NCBI GenBank assembly: GCA_964016885.1
Contig: OZ024761.1
Coordinates: 8,432,001-8,496,000, forward strand
Length of the DNA: 64,000 bases
Source: Eledone cirrhosa
Taxonomy: Eukaryota
Reading direction: 5' to 3'
Shown here: in pieces, positions 21,467-32,951 of the stretch
Numbering within the stretch: position 1 is the stretch's first letter
Layout of the letters: the number at the start of each line of letters is the position of its first letter
Notes under the pieces: model-generated
What the model was told of the DNA's origin: nothing
Seen by the model: only the letters and a program-made list of their open reading frames with translations
Database searches by the model: none
Position numbers and translations under genes: made by a program

Positions 21467-21546
21467 GAGTTTGAGCCAGATAGATTCTTAAACACTCCTT
21501 CTCCAATGAATTCCTTCAGCTACATACCTTTCTCAGCTGGACCACG
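21467..21546 (+). CDS. CYP4-clan P450 exon (PxRF and start of heme motif)
   Basis: ttag|EFEPDRFLNTPSPMNSFSYIPFSAGP(R)|gtaag; phase 0/2. Confidence 0.96.
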
Positions 21547-21745
21547 GTAAGATCTTTTAACATTTCCATGTCATATTGTTTTACCTACCAATATAGATAT
21601 GATTTCATATGAACCATTTTGATAACATGTTTGAAACCTCCCCCCGGTTGTACAAAAGGGAGTTTGCTATTGAAATTGTAAGGATAGTTTTTTTTCTAAC
21701 TCAGGCATTTTTGCCTGTGATGATGCTGATTATATACACACACAC

Positions 21746-21787
<42 letters not shown>

Positions 21788-21825
21788 TAACAAAATAAGA
21801 TGCTGAGGTTACATATATCGTTTAA

Positions 21826-21913
21826 TCATAATACTTATTTCCATGGTTCTCCATGCAATCGAGATGTCCTTCATGCATTTGCTGTTGATTATGAGAACGG
21901 TATCCTCAGATGA
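21826..21913 (-). ncRNA. Hammerhead ribozyme motif in the PLE terminal repeat (stem III mutated)
   Basis: tcat-CTGAGGA-taccgttctc…gagaaccatg-GAAA-taagtaTT-atga. Confidence 0.6.
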
Positions 21914-23160
21914 AAAATCCGATATGTTTTATATGTCGCTGGCAGGAAAAAACACGTCCTATTGCTTGTGTGCCCAGCAGACATATGAGTTCCTTGAAGG
22001 GTTTGCCAGCCGTCGTGTTTGCTAGAAAAAGCTATCAATGAAAAAAAAACGAAAAAGACGAAGGACTGTGTGTAACCAAAACGCAGTAGACAGTGGAAGC
22101 AATAAATGGAGCTCTGAGGGAGGGTGGGGTATATATTTTGTTGACAACCACCTATAGACAACAACTACAACAACAACAACAACAGCAAACCACCGACCAA
22201 TATTGACCACACTGGCCGCAATAGTCGTAGTGATATTACCACCCTACTGACAACAACAACAACTAAAGCAACAGCTACAGTAAACACAACAGCAACAACA
22301 ACAACAACAACAGCAAAGACACAGACCAGCGTCGTGTACACAGGCCGTAGCAGTCGCAGTGACGGTACCACCCTGTTGACAATAACAGCGATAACACCAA
22401 AGCAATAAAAAGGAGTTCCGAGGTAGGTGGGTACACAGAGTTGGTGGTATCATTCACCATGACCATATATAGCAACAACAACAATGGTAACGGCAACAAG
22501 CACCAACACCACCCATCACCTACCCCATTCGTCGTAGTAGTGGTGGTATCATTTATGTTAGTATTAAGCCATTGGTAACACCAACAACACCAGTGATGAT
22601 CCCACCATGGTGACGGCGGCAACAGGAAAAGACCACGCTTCCATGAAGAATAAACTAACCACAATAGTAGTCCGTTGAAACAAGGAAGCAAAAATGGGAT
22701 AGAAACATAGATGGGTATTTATATATATAAATACATGCACAGTTAATACACTCCTCGCTATCATTGTAAGGCACAAGGCTAGCAATAATTACAGTGCAGA
22801 AAAAATGGTTAACCACAATAGCATTCAGTCTTAACTACAGTGGCATCAATACTATTAACAGGGCTGTTAGACTATGGAAGAGAGTTACAGGAAGCGAAAG
22901 TAGGGACAGGAACAAGCAGATAAGAAATCAAGAACACATATAGAGAACATAATAAAAGAATGGGATAAAAATACATAAAAAACAAAAAAAACAACAGTAG
23001 GTATATAAACAGAGAATAAGGAACAGGGGACATGAAACATGTACACACAGAGACTCCAGGTGTGCAAACAAGATATCCAAGGTTCGCCTGACACTAGAGT
23101 TGTTGTGTGGTCACGCCCGGCTTCCACGGTCAAGTTTGCAATAGTCTTCAACTAGTACAA

Positions 23161-24415
23161 CTATGTCGTTAGTCCGTACAGTTTGAGGAAGGTTCCAGAT
23201 GATCTGTGGAGGCAGGTGCTGAAGAGGTTACTCCTTTTATTGATAACTCGAGCTCCCCTCTCGATTATTTCCATAATCTCAGTGACACACAAATCGCACG
23301 AGTCATGTCCACCCCCTCTATAGGGTTGGGCTGAGGCTACCTTGGACCATGACAAGGTGTATTCTATGTTATAGTGTTTGAGACGCCACATCAGTTCTGA
23401 GAGGACGGTGCTGTATTTCTTATCAACTCTCCTAAAGGTGTGGCAGTGATTGTACCAGCGTTCCTTAAATTTATTAGCTGTGGCTCCGATATAGGTGAAG
23501 GTTTGGTTGTTGGTATTCACCCTACATTCATATACTAAGCCACTGCCGAGGCAGCTACCCTCCAGGGGGCAGTTACTGGGGTTTCTACAATTACAGCCCG
23601 AATGGGGGTGGGGGTGGGGTGTGTTGCCGCCCGGATCTCGTATGATTCCCCGGTCTTTCACGATTTAAGATGTTACCAACAGAGGAAGAGGTATTTGCGT
23701 GGTGCATCTCCTCACGGTTGCTGTTTCCCCTGGAGTTGCGGACGTTTTTAAATCTTCTGCGGTTTAAGGCTTTTATATTTTGCGCTAGGTTTCTAGTTGT
23801 GGAGTAGGACAATTTAATAGTGCGCCTGTTGAAAATGTCGTGGTAGTGGTGTTGCTTATGGAAGTGCTTAATTAAAGCCTTGAGGAAAGAGGCGGCTATG
23901 TTGTTGCGTAAACTGGTGCAGAAGGGGGGGGGGGGGGTTAACCAAATGACATTACGGGAACGGGTTCGCTTCCTGTTGCAGTCATCAGTCCCTGTACCCG
24001 TTCTGTCAGAGTTTGTGTTACGTATTCGCTGCGGACGTCTGGGAGAGCCATGCCTCCCAATTCGTCGTTGCCCGTGGGGTTGGTTAAGCCGATTGGAGCA
24101 GCCCGAACTGAGTGGTCTCCGTTTATTGCAAGGGAGGTGGTTCGTACCTTCTCCGCTCACTCCCGGGCCCACACATGTCCTCCGCAGCTCCACAGCATCG
24201 GCTTCCTTGTTTTCCAATGTAGGCGAGGTCTGGTCCCTCCTTAATAAACCATGGTTAGCAGTTCCTCCAGGATTACTCTGTAGTGTGGTATCAGGGATGA
24301 GTAATGAAGTCCTAGTCATGTTGGTCCCGTCATTGTGTCCTACTGATATGTTACTGTCAGCGGTAACATAATTCATTAGACTGGGTATAAACTTAATTTT
24401 TGCTGTTGTTCTCAT
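23161..24415 (-). pseudogene. PLE ORF remnant: thumb/linker + CxCx5Cx5C finger + GIY-YIG endonuclease, frameshifted near 23600-23660; RT core absent
   Basis: RNVIWLTPP…IFNRRTIKLSYS; CNCRNPSNCPLEGSC; LVYEC…YIG…FKERWYNH; CDLC..E; INKRS…C.H. Confidence 0.88.
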
Positions 24416-24785
24416 TGTTGTTGCTGTTGTGTTTACTGTAGCTGTTGCTTTAGTTGTTGTTGTCAGTAGGGTGGTAATATCACTACGACTACTGCGGCCA
24501 GTGTGGTCAATATTGGTCGGAGGTTTACTGTTGTTGTTGTAGTTGTTGTCTATAGGTGGTTGTCAACAAAATATATACCCCACCCTCCCTCAGAGCTCCA
24601 TTTATTGCTTCCACTGTCTACTGCGTTTTGGTTACACACAGTCCTTCGTCTTTTTTCATTGATAGCTTTTTCTAGCAAACACGACGGCTGGCAAACCCTT
24701 CAAGGAACTCATATGTCTGCTGGGCACACAAGTAATAGGACGTGTGTTTTTTCCTGCCAGCGATATATCAAACATACCGGATTTT

Positions 24786-24873
24786 TCATCTGAGGATACC
24801 GTTCTCGTAATCAACAGCAAATGCATGAAGGACATCTCGCTTGCATGGAGAACCGTGGAAATAATTATAATGA
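24786..24873 (+). ncRNA. Type I hammerhead ribozyme motif in the inverted PLE repeat (sense to the P450 pre-mRNA)
   Basis: tcat-CTGAGGA(24790-24796)-taccgttctc…gagaaccgtg-GAAA(24858-24861), palindromic ATAATTAT, then A (cleavage) and atga. Confidence 0.72.
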
Positions 24874-25039
24874 TTAAACGATATATGTAACCTCAGCATC
24901 TTATTTTGTTATTTTTATAAAATTTCCATTGTAACTAAAAACAACGATTAATGAGAGCTTTCTCCTGCTTACTCCTGTTTTTACCAAAACAATTTTTTCC
25001 GAACATACATACATACATACATACATGCATACATACATA

Positions 25040-25790
25040 GAGTTCCGACAAGTTTATGACATCACACCTTGAGGGATATCTCTATGCAATACAGGAACAA
25101 GAACTCCCTACCAAATATCTGCTGCACAAAAGGGGAGGGCCATCAGCTGACAATAAATGTAGGCTATGTAAAACAAAGATCGAGGGTGTAAGCCACATTG
25201 TTGCCATCTGCAAAAGAATGTCATCTCGCTACTACCTCCCCATGAGACACGATGGGATAGCTAGAACCATCTGGAACGCACTTCGGAAAACAAAATTAAC
25301 AACAAACAGATGGCACTAAGGAATACTGGTGGAACCTGAAAATAAAAACTGCCACCAAATTAAAGTACAACCGGCCTGATATTGTTGTTTGGGACCACAC
25401 ATTGAAAACGTGTTCTGTTGTGGAGATCAGCTGCCCACTTGATGTAAACGGTGTCAGAAAAATACAGGAGAAGGACATCTACGGACCATTGATGAGGAGT
25501 TTACAAATCCAGTATCCAAGATACACCTTTAGCTTCATACCCATCATTATTGGTGCTACAGGTTATATACCAACCCGCTTGGACCAAAGTATGACTGAAC
25601 TTGGATTTGCGGACAAAGAGCGCAGCTCCCTAATCCATAGTCTACAAATAGCTGTGATAGCTGGCACCTTCAAAATTTGCAAAACATTCTTGCGATTCAA
25701 GGGATGACAATTTCTTTTCTTTTACAACCTTGCCACCAGGAAGGTGGCCGGTCCAAAAAATATACTCAAAATTAAGAGAAAGAGATAACA
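25040..25790 (+). mobile_element. 3' fragment of an R4/Dong-type REL-endonuclease LINE inserted in (ACAT)n
   Basis: AIQEQE…CRLC…HIVAIC…RHD…RPDIVVWD…VEISCP…IPIIIGATG; (acat)n on both flanks. Confidence 0.85.
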
Positions 25791-26221
25791 TACATACATA
25801 CATACATACATACATACATACATACATACATACATACATACATACATACATACAAGGTAGGCTTCACAGGAACAGAAAGAACACAACTAGTTAGGAAATT
25901 ACAAGTACAATCCATTAATGGAATAGTAAAAATATGTAAAACATTCCAAAACTTTTGCATCTAATAACTGCATATACACATGTACAGATACAAAGCATAT
26001 ACACATGCACACATACAACTCAAAACATACACATCCACACATACAATAACATCCATATCTACACATGCGTGCATACATACATATCTACCTAGTTGATGTT
26101 GTGTAAATTCCAATGAGAGAGCCTTGTGTCTATGTTAGAAACTGACTCTCTCTCTATTGGTAAAACTTTGTGAAATTATAAAACCAGAAGAACATACATA
26201 CATACATACATACATATATGA

Positions 26222-26592
26222 AGGCGCATGGCTTAGTGGTTAGAGCATTGGGCTTGCAATCAAAAGGTTGTGAGTTCAATTCTCGGACCGAGTGATGTGT
26301 TGTTTCCTTGAACAAGACACTTTATTTCACATTGCTCCAGTTTACTCAGCTGTAGAAATGAGATGATAGGACTGGGTTCCCTATCATTCCACTGCAAAGT
26401 GGATGTGTAGGCGCCACGGCAAAAAAGCACCCAGCACTCACTGTAAATGAGGTTGGTGTTAGCACAGGCATCCAGCTGTAGAAATCAAGCCAGAACCAGT
26501 TCCCGTATCAGCCGACCGGACACTGCCCACAACAGGACAACCCATCTAACCCATGCTAGCATGGAAGAACGGACGTAAAATGATGATGATGA
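26222..26592 (+). mobile_element. tRNA-derived CORE-type SINE with RTE tail
   Basis: aggcgcatggcttagtggttagagc… head, gagttcaattc B box, (atg)n tail. Confidence 0.9.
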
Positions 26593-26609
26593 TATAATGG
26601 ATACAATGA

Positions 26610-27876
26610 TGACATCTGTTGTATATTGGTGGTGGCATCTGTTGTATGTTGGTGGTGACATCTGTTGTATATTAGTGGTGACACCTGTTATATATTGGTG
26701 GTGACATCTGTTATATATTGGTGGTGACATCTGTTACATATTGGTGGTGACATCTATTGTATGTTGGTGGTGACATCTATTGTATGTTGGTGGTGACATC
26801 TATTGTATGTTGGTGGTGACATCTATTGTATGTTGGTGGTGACATCTATTGTATATTGGTGGTGACATCTATTGTATATTGGTGGTGACATCTGTTGTAT
26901 ATTGGTGGTGACATCTGTTGTATATTGGTGGTGACATCTGTTGTATATTGGTGGTGACATCTGTTGTAAATTGGTGGTGACATCTGTTGTATATTGGTGG
27001 TGACATCTGTTGTATATTGGTGGTGACATCTGTTGTATATTGGTGGTGACATCTGTTGTATATTGGTGGTGACATCTGTTGTATATTGGTGGTGACATCT
27101 GTTGTATATTGGTGGTGACATCTGTTGTATATTGGTGGTGACATCTGTTGTATATTGGTGGTGACATCTGTTGTATATTGGTGGTGACATCTGTTGTATA
27201 TTGGTGGTGACATCTATTGTATGTTGGTGGTGACATCTGTTGTATGTTGGTGGTGACATCTGTTGTATATTGGTGGTGACATCTGTTGTATGTTGGTGGT
27301 GACATCTGTTGTATGTTGGTGGTGACATCTGTTGTATGTTGGTGGTGACATCTGTTGTATGTTGGTGGTGACATCTGTTGTATGTTGGTGGTGACATCTG
27401 TTGTATGTTGGTGGTGACATCTGTTGTATGTTGGTGGTGACATCTGTTGTATGTTGGTGGTGACATCTGTTGTATGTTGGTGGTGACATCTGTTGTATGT
27501 TGGTGGTGACATCTGTTGTATGTTGGTGGTGACATCTGTTGTATGTTGGTGGTGACATCTGTTGTATGTTGGTGGTGACATCTGTTGTATGTTGGTGGTG
27601 ACATCTGTTGTATGTTGGTGGTGACATCTGTTGTATGTTGGTGGTGACATCTGTTGTATGTTGGTAGTGACATCTGTTTTATATTGGTGGTGACAACTGT
27701 TTTATATTGGTGGTGACAACTGTTTTATATTGGTGGTGACATCTGTTTTATATTGGTGGTGACATCTGTTTTATATTGGTGGTGACATCTGTTTTATATT
27801 GGTGGTAACACCTGTTATATATTGGTGGTGACATCTGTTTTATATTGGTGGTGACATCTGTTGTATATTGGTGACG
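26610..27876. repeat. 23-bp minisatellite (~55 copies)
   Basis: Unit gacatctgttgtatattggtggt with block-wise variants; no spacers. Confidence 0.95.
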
Positions 27877-27894
27877 TCCAATTTTCTACTTCAG

Positions 27895-27960
27895 CAACTG
27901 TATTGGTCAGAATTTTGCAATGTTGGAAATGAAAGTGATTCTCGCTAAAATTGTCAGCAA
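27895..27960 (+). CDS. CYP4-clan P450 exon with heme-ligating Cys
   Basis: ttcag|(R)NCIGQNFAMLEMKVILAKIVS|gtaagt; completes PFSAGPRNCIGQ. Confidence 0.97.
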
Positions 27961-28071
27961 GTAAGTCTCATATTTTTATCCGTGTTAAGACAGGGGCAGG
28001 GTAGAAGGGGAGATGGGGAAGAGAGAGTGAGAGGGGGAGAGGAGAGAGTGAGAGACAGAGTTTCCTAACAG

Positions 28072-28215
28072 AGTTGATAAATCAATCCCAGTGCATTACT
28101 GGTACTTTATTTTATCCCTGGCAGGATTAGAGCTCAGAACGTAAAGAGTCATAACTCTATGCCACTAAGCACGATGCCCGACACTCTAGCGATACTGCCA
28201 ATCCACTCATCTAAT
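28072..28215 (-). mobile_element. Decayed copy of the second SINE family
   Basis: cccagtgcattactggtactttattttatc… is the reverse complement of the core at 10490-10520. Confidence 0.65.
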
Positions 28216-28243
28216 GATAATGTTCTTGTCTTTATGTTTGCAG

Positions 28244-28367
28244 CTTTGAAATCTTCAGCATCCCAAACTTCAAAGCTGAGCCATCACCCGAAGTTGTGCT
28301 CAAATCTAACACTGGCATCAAAGTGAACTTGAAACAAAGGATGAAGAAACTCTATGACATGTCTTAG
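28244..28367 (+). CDS. CYP4-clan P450 last coding exon
   Basis: ttgcag|(N)FEIFSIPNFKAEPSPEVVLKSNTGIKVNLKQRMKKLYDMS*; TAG at 28365-28367. Confidence 0.92.
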
Positions 28368-28396
28368 GATCCTACAAACTGTTGTAATATATCTAC

Positions 28397-28402
28397 AATA
28401 AA
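28397..28402 (+). promoter_or_regulatory. Candidate polyadenylation signal
   Basis: AATAAA about 30 nt after the P450 stop; weak evidence in AT-rich DNA. Confidence 0.35.
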
Positions 28403-29142
28403 GACTAGTGCCTGGTTACAAGTGAGAGATACCTGATATGGTACTCTTAGTATTAACACACAGATAGATCCTGGGCCATACTGAAATCAATGAGATCTGC
28501 TTCCCAAGTAGATCTCTGTTGCTAATTCCTTTTTTTTATTTTTTTTTTAATGTCTTCACCTCTTTTGTGGCCATATTTTTAACCAGAATATATGCCACCT
28601 ATGTGTTTTAATTATCAAAATAATCATGCTGATTTCAAACGGGTCATATACCATTGAACTATATTTTATGAGAAATGGGTTGTAGAGAATCACCCTCTAT
28701 GTTCTTGTGGAGACTTCCCAGAAAATCTTTGGCACTATTTGTTCCAATATAGAAACTACTAATCTGAGAGAGATGAGACATCTTGAAGCTGACCATAAAA
28801 AAAACTATCAAGATTGAAGATATAATATATTATCAAAGGTCTACCAACTTATAAACAAGATCTTTCAGTACATGGAACGTACAAACAAATTCAACAGAAA
28901 TATTACTAGAGAGAGAGAGAAGGACATCTTGAAGTTGTATGAGGTACTAAATGAAAAGATTTGACAACAGAAACATTACTAGTCTGAGAGAGAGAAAGGA
29001 GAAAATCTGATCCATAAAAAACTACCAAGATGGGAGATACAATTGTGAAAGATCTACAAAACTATAAAGATATTTCAGTAGAATCAGATTAAAAAACAGA
29101 AACATTTAGCTACTCTATAGCTGCCCTTGTTTTTCACTTTAA

Positions 29143-29347
29143 CCCTTTAGCAACGGCTGTATCTAGCCAGAATTCTCTCACCTCTTTCTGCTCAAACTAG
29201 CCACTCATACTGATGTTAAGGTATTGTTCTCAAAATAAATAATATCAAGATCTCGTAGATTCAATATTATGTGAGATAATTATATAAGATAAAGCCTTTA
29301 CCACAAAGATACAATAGTATATATAGAGTAATGTAAATGTTAAAGGG
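29143..29347. mobile_element. piggyBac-type MITE (205 bp)
   Basis: TTAA-CCCTTTAGCA…TGTTAAAGGG-TTAA: TIRs with TTAA duplication. Confidence 0.85.
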
Positions 29348-29794
29348 TTAAAATCTTTATGCTGTTTGTCTCCTTCCCTCTGCCGACCTTCATTTTGTTT
29401 CTTAACTGTAATGAGTTCCAGATACCCCCCATCCTCCCCCTCAACTGCCATGGCTTACTAGCTCTATACAGACGTTTCAGTTGATTATATAAATAAATAA
29501 AATCAAAAATTATATGAAGTTTGTTGAAATAACTAACTTTCAACCTAATATTAAAAGACTTTTAATATTTAACAACTGAAATCTAATATTATCTACCACG
29601 TAATAATGGGTAGGATTGTACAGGATATAAGGGGCTATAACTATGCCGCAAAGCAGGTTTCATTTTCAGCTGAATATACTGAAACAACATGTTTTACTCA
29701 AGAACACAACACACAACCCAGCCCAGGAATTAAACCCACGATATTAAGGTCATAAGTCCAACACCCTTACAACTAAGTAATGAAGACTTATTTG

Positions 29795-29985
29795 GAAAGA
29801 TTTGTAAAAAAAATTATTTCATTATTAAGATGGTATTTATAACATAATTTAACAAAAAGTTCTCATATCAAATTATATTAGGTTTAAATTTAAATAGGAA
29901 CCCCTTAAAATGGGTGTTATTGTTTCATAGAACAAGAGGCAGATATTTTTTAGGGGTTTGGGACAGTTGGTATTGAAAGGGTTAA
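29795..29985 (-). mobile_element. Partial second piggyBac-type MITE
   Basis: Ends gaaagggttaa; homologous to the 157-bp repeat unit. Confidence 0.6.
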
Positions 29986-30070
29986 CAAAGATTTCTTGAA
30001 TTAAATTGTAATGGAAAGTTTTACAACCATTTTAAAATGGACCGGTTTGTATTTATCGTTCTTTTTTTTA

Positions 30071-30325
30071 CTAGGATATTTTTCATTACACGTCAGCGTA
30101 TGTACATAGGTAAACATTTATATGTATGAGTATATAAATATAAACATGTAAACACAGACACACAAAACTACACACACTCACACACACACACACACACAGC
30201 ATAACAAATGGAACGCCACCCACTATTTCACTATAGTTTTTTCACCATCCCCTTCCTTCCTTTTACACACACACATACATTCACACTGGTAGTATGCTTA
30301 AAGAGAGAGTAGTATGAGGTAATCT
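30071..30325 (-). mobile_element. Dispersed Helitron-like repeat (copy of 18997-19256)
   Basis: Shared blocks aaacatttata.gtatgagtatataaatataaacatg and ttttacacacacatacattcacac. Confidence 0.5.
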
Positions 30326-30436
30326 GATTTTTCGAATATTAATAATAATATTCGATTTACTGTATTCAGCCCTGTAGCTCAATAACTATTTGTTAGTTAT
30401 TAGAATATGGCAAATCTGGCCATTAATCGAAACTAA

Positions 30437-31208
30437 CTGGCCAGTCTGCTGATATGCAAATCTGGCTGATCAGTGGATCTGCTAATATACAGAGCTGACT
30501 GATCAGCCAGTCTGCTAATATGCAAATCTGGTGATCAGTGGATCTGCTAATATACAGAGCTGACTGATCAGCCAGTCAGCTAATATGCAAATCTGGCTGA
30601 TCAGTGGATCTGCTAATATACAGAGCTGACTGATCAGCCAGTCTGCTAATATGCAAATCTGGTGATCAGTGGATCTGCTAATATACAGAGCTGACTGATC
30701 AGCCAGTCTGCTAATATGCAAATCTGGTGATCAGTGGATCTGCTAATATACAGAGCTGACTGATCAGCCAGTCTGCTAATATGCAAATCTGGTGATCAGT
30801 GGATCTGCTAATATACAGAGCTGACTGATCAGCCAGTCTGCTAATATGCAAATCTGGTGATCAGTGGATCTGCTAATATACAGAGCTGACTGATCAGCCA
30901 GTCTGCTAATATGCAAATCTGGTGATCAGTGGATCTGCTAATATACAGAGCTGACTGATCAGCCAGTCTGCTGACATGCAAATCTGGCTGATCAGTGGAT
31001 CTGCTAATATACAGAGCTGACTGATCAGCCAGTCTGCTAATATGCAAATCTGGTGATCAGTGGATCTGCTAATATACAGAGCTGACTGATCAGCCAGTCT
31101 GCTGACATGCAAATCTGGCTGATCAGTGGATCTGCTAATATACACAGCTGACTGATCAGCCAGTCTGTTAATATGCAAATCTGGCTGATCAGTGGATCTG
31201 CTAATATC
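30437..31208. repeat. 65-66-bp dimeric minisatellite (~12 copies)
   Basis: Alternating ~33-bp subunits ctgctaatatgcaaatctgg(c)tgatcagtggat and ctgctaatatacagagctgactgatcagccagt. Confidence 0.9.
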
Positions 31209-31274
31209 AGTGACTGTATATTTTAGAAAATAACATATATTTTCACTAGCTCTGACAGCTGGCAGGTGAAGAGT

Positions 31275-31324
31275 GAACAGTACTGATGAAGGGTAATACC
31301 TAGAAACATTAGTGTCTGCAGTTC
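31275..31324 (+). ncRNA. Compact type I hammerhead ribozyme motif
   Basis: gaacagta-CTGATGA(31283-31289)-agggtaatacct-a-GAAA(31303-31306)-cattagt-GTC(cleavage after 31316)-tgcagttc; 7 of 8 stem I pairs. Confidence 0.75.
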
Positions 31325-31450
31325 TATTTACATGTCAACACAAGAGCAAGAATGAGGGGCTCATTCTACTGACATGGCTTTAAAAATGAGGCTTGTTTGC
31401 ATAATTGCAAACGAATTGAATATCATTAGTAATATTTAAAAAATTCAGAT

Positions 31451-31492
<42 letters not shown>

Positions 31493-32348
31493 CACACACA
31501 CACATATATATACACACACACACATATATACACACACACACACATATATATATACACATACACATATATATATACACATACACATATATATATACACATA
31601 CACATATATATATACACATACACATATATATATATACACATACACATATATATATATACACACATATATATATACACACACACATATATATATACACATA
31701 TATATATATATACACACATATATATATACACACACACATATATATATACACATATATATATATATACACACACACACATATATATATACACACATATATA
31801 TATATACACACATATATATATATACATATATATATATACACACACATATATATATACATACACACACGCACACATATATATACACACACATATATATATA
31901 TATATACACACATATATATACACACACACATATATATATACACACATATATATACACACACAGACATATATACACACACATATACACACACACACACACA
32001 TGTATATATACACACACACATATATACACACACATATATACACACACATACATATACACACACATGTATATATACACACACACATGTATATATATATACA
32101 CACACACACATATATACACACACACATATATATATATATACACACACAAATATATATACACACAAATATATATACACACACACATATATATACACACACA
32201 CATATATACACACACGTATATATACACACACATATATATATATATATACACACACACACATATATACACACACAGACATATATATATACACACACACACT
32301 TTGGATCTACCTGTTGAAAGAGCAGGAGCTCAGCCGTCTTTTTCAGAT

Positions 32349-32400
<52 letters not shown>
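31451..32400. repeat. Compound (CA)n/(TA)n microsatellite
   Basis: Directly visible. Confidence 0.95.
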
Positions 32401-32404
<4 letters not shown>

Positions 32405-32467
32405 TATTTGCATAGTTAGGGTAAAGGAAAGGAGAGTGCTCTATGTAAGCTACAGAGCTATATAGTT

Positions 32468-32595
32468 ATGTAATAAACAACATCAGACAATTATTCCATT
32501 TACCAAAGGTTTCACGAAGACAGATCAGCTCAACACAGACATTCGTGAAACCTTTGGTAAATGGAATAATTGTCTTATGTTGTTTTATTACATAA
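32468..32595. repeat. Fold-back PLE-like remnant with hammerhead 3' half
   Basis: ~50-bp inverted arms; the right arm contains GAAA(32547-32550)cctttggTAaatgg. Confidence 0.7.
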
Positions 32596-32625
32596 ATATA
32601 TATATATATATATAGATATATATAT

Positions 32626-32850
32626 AGGAATGAGTAGGACCCCGACGGCTGAGCTCAAGCCGTTTCGACGGCTAATTCTGGACTAAGTAGATTTCTGGAG
32701 GAATAGATTTAGTCCAGAATTAGCCGTCGAAACGGCTTGAGCTCAGCCGTCAGGGTCCTACTCGCTCCTATTACCCACTCTACTACCCTAAGTATTGAGT
32801 ACTTTGGTGCGTTATGGTCCACCTGGTTCCTTACCACATTCCCTTCGTTA
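32626..32850. repeat. Fold-back PLE-like remnant with hammerhead 3' half
   Basis: Arms 32626-32685 and 32709-32771; right arm GAAACggct…agccGTCaggg. Confidence 0.7.
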
Positions 32851-32862
32851 TATATATATATA

Positions 32863-32926
<64 letters not shown>

Positions 32927-32951
32927 GGAAAATCTGCTTCGTAGAATAGAG

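Larger units (their letters stand above)
21783..24915 (-). mobile_element. 5'-truncated Penelope-like element (Naiad-like) with inverted terminal copy
   Basis: GIY-YIG ORF remnant; ~500-bp inverted repeats at ~21783-22290 and ~24420-24915; hammerhead motif in each arm; (TA)n at the 3' flank. Confidence 0.88.

Noticed and set aside
26108-26162. Hairpin ccaatgagagag…ctctctctattgg as a ribozyme
   Set aside because: No CUGANGA core; only a short imperfect inverted repeat.
26222-26295. tRNA gene
   Set aside because: A and B boxes are present but there is no good acceptor stem, and it continues into a SINE body repeated many times in the window.
26823-27673. 275-aa repeat proteins (MSPPTYNRCHHQ…)
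   Set aside because: Translations of the 23-bp minisatellite.
26610-27876. CRISPR-like array
   Set aside because: The 23-bp units are head-to-tail with no unique spacers; eukaryotic intron; no cas genes.
4311-28367. Specific gene symbol such as CYP4F or CYP4V
   Set aside because: Motifs support the CYP4 clan only; subfamily needs phylogeny and the missing 5' exons.
30437-31208. CRISPR-like palindromic repeats
   Set aside because: The intervening sequences are themselves repeated; it is a dimeric minisatellite.
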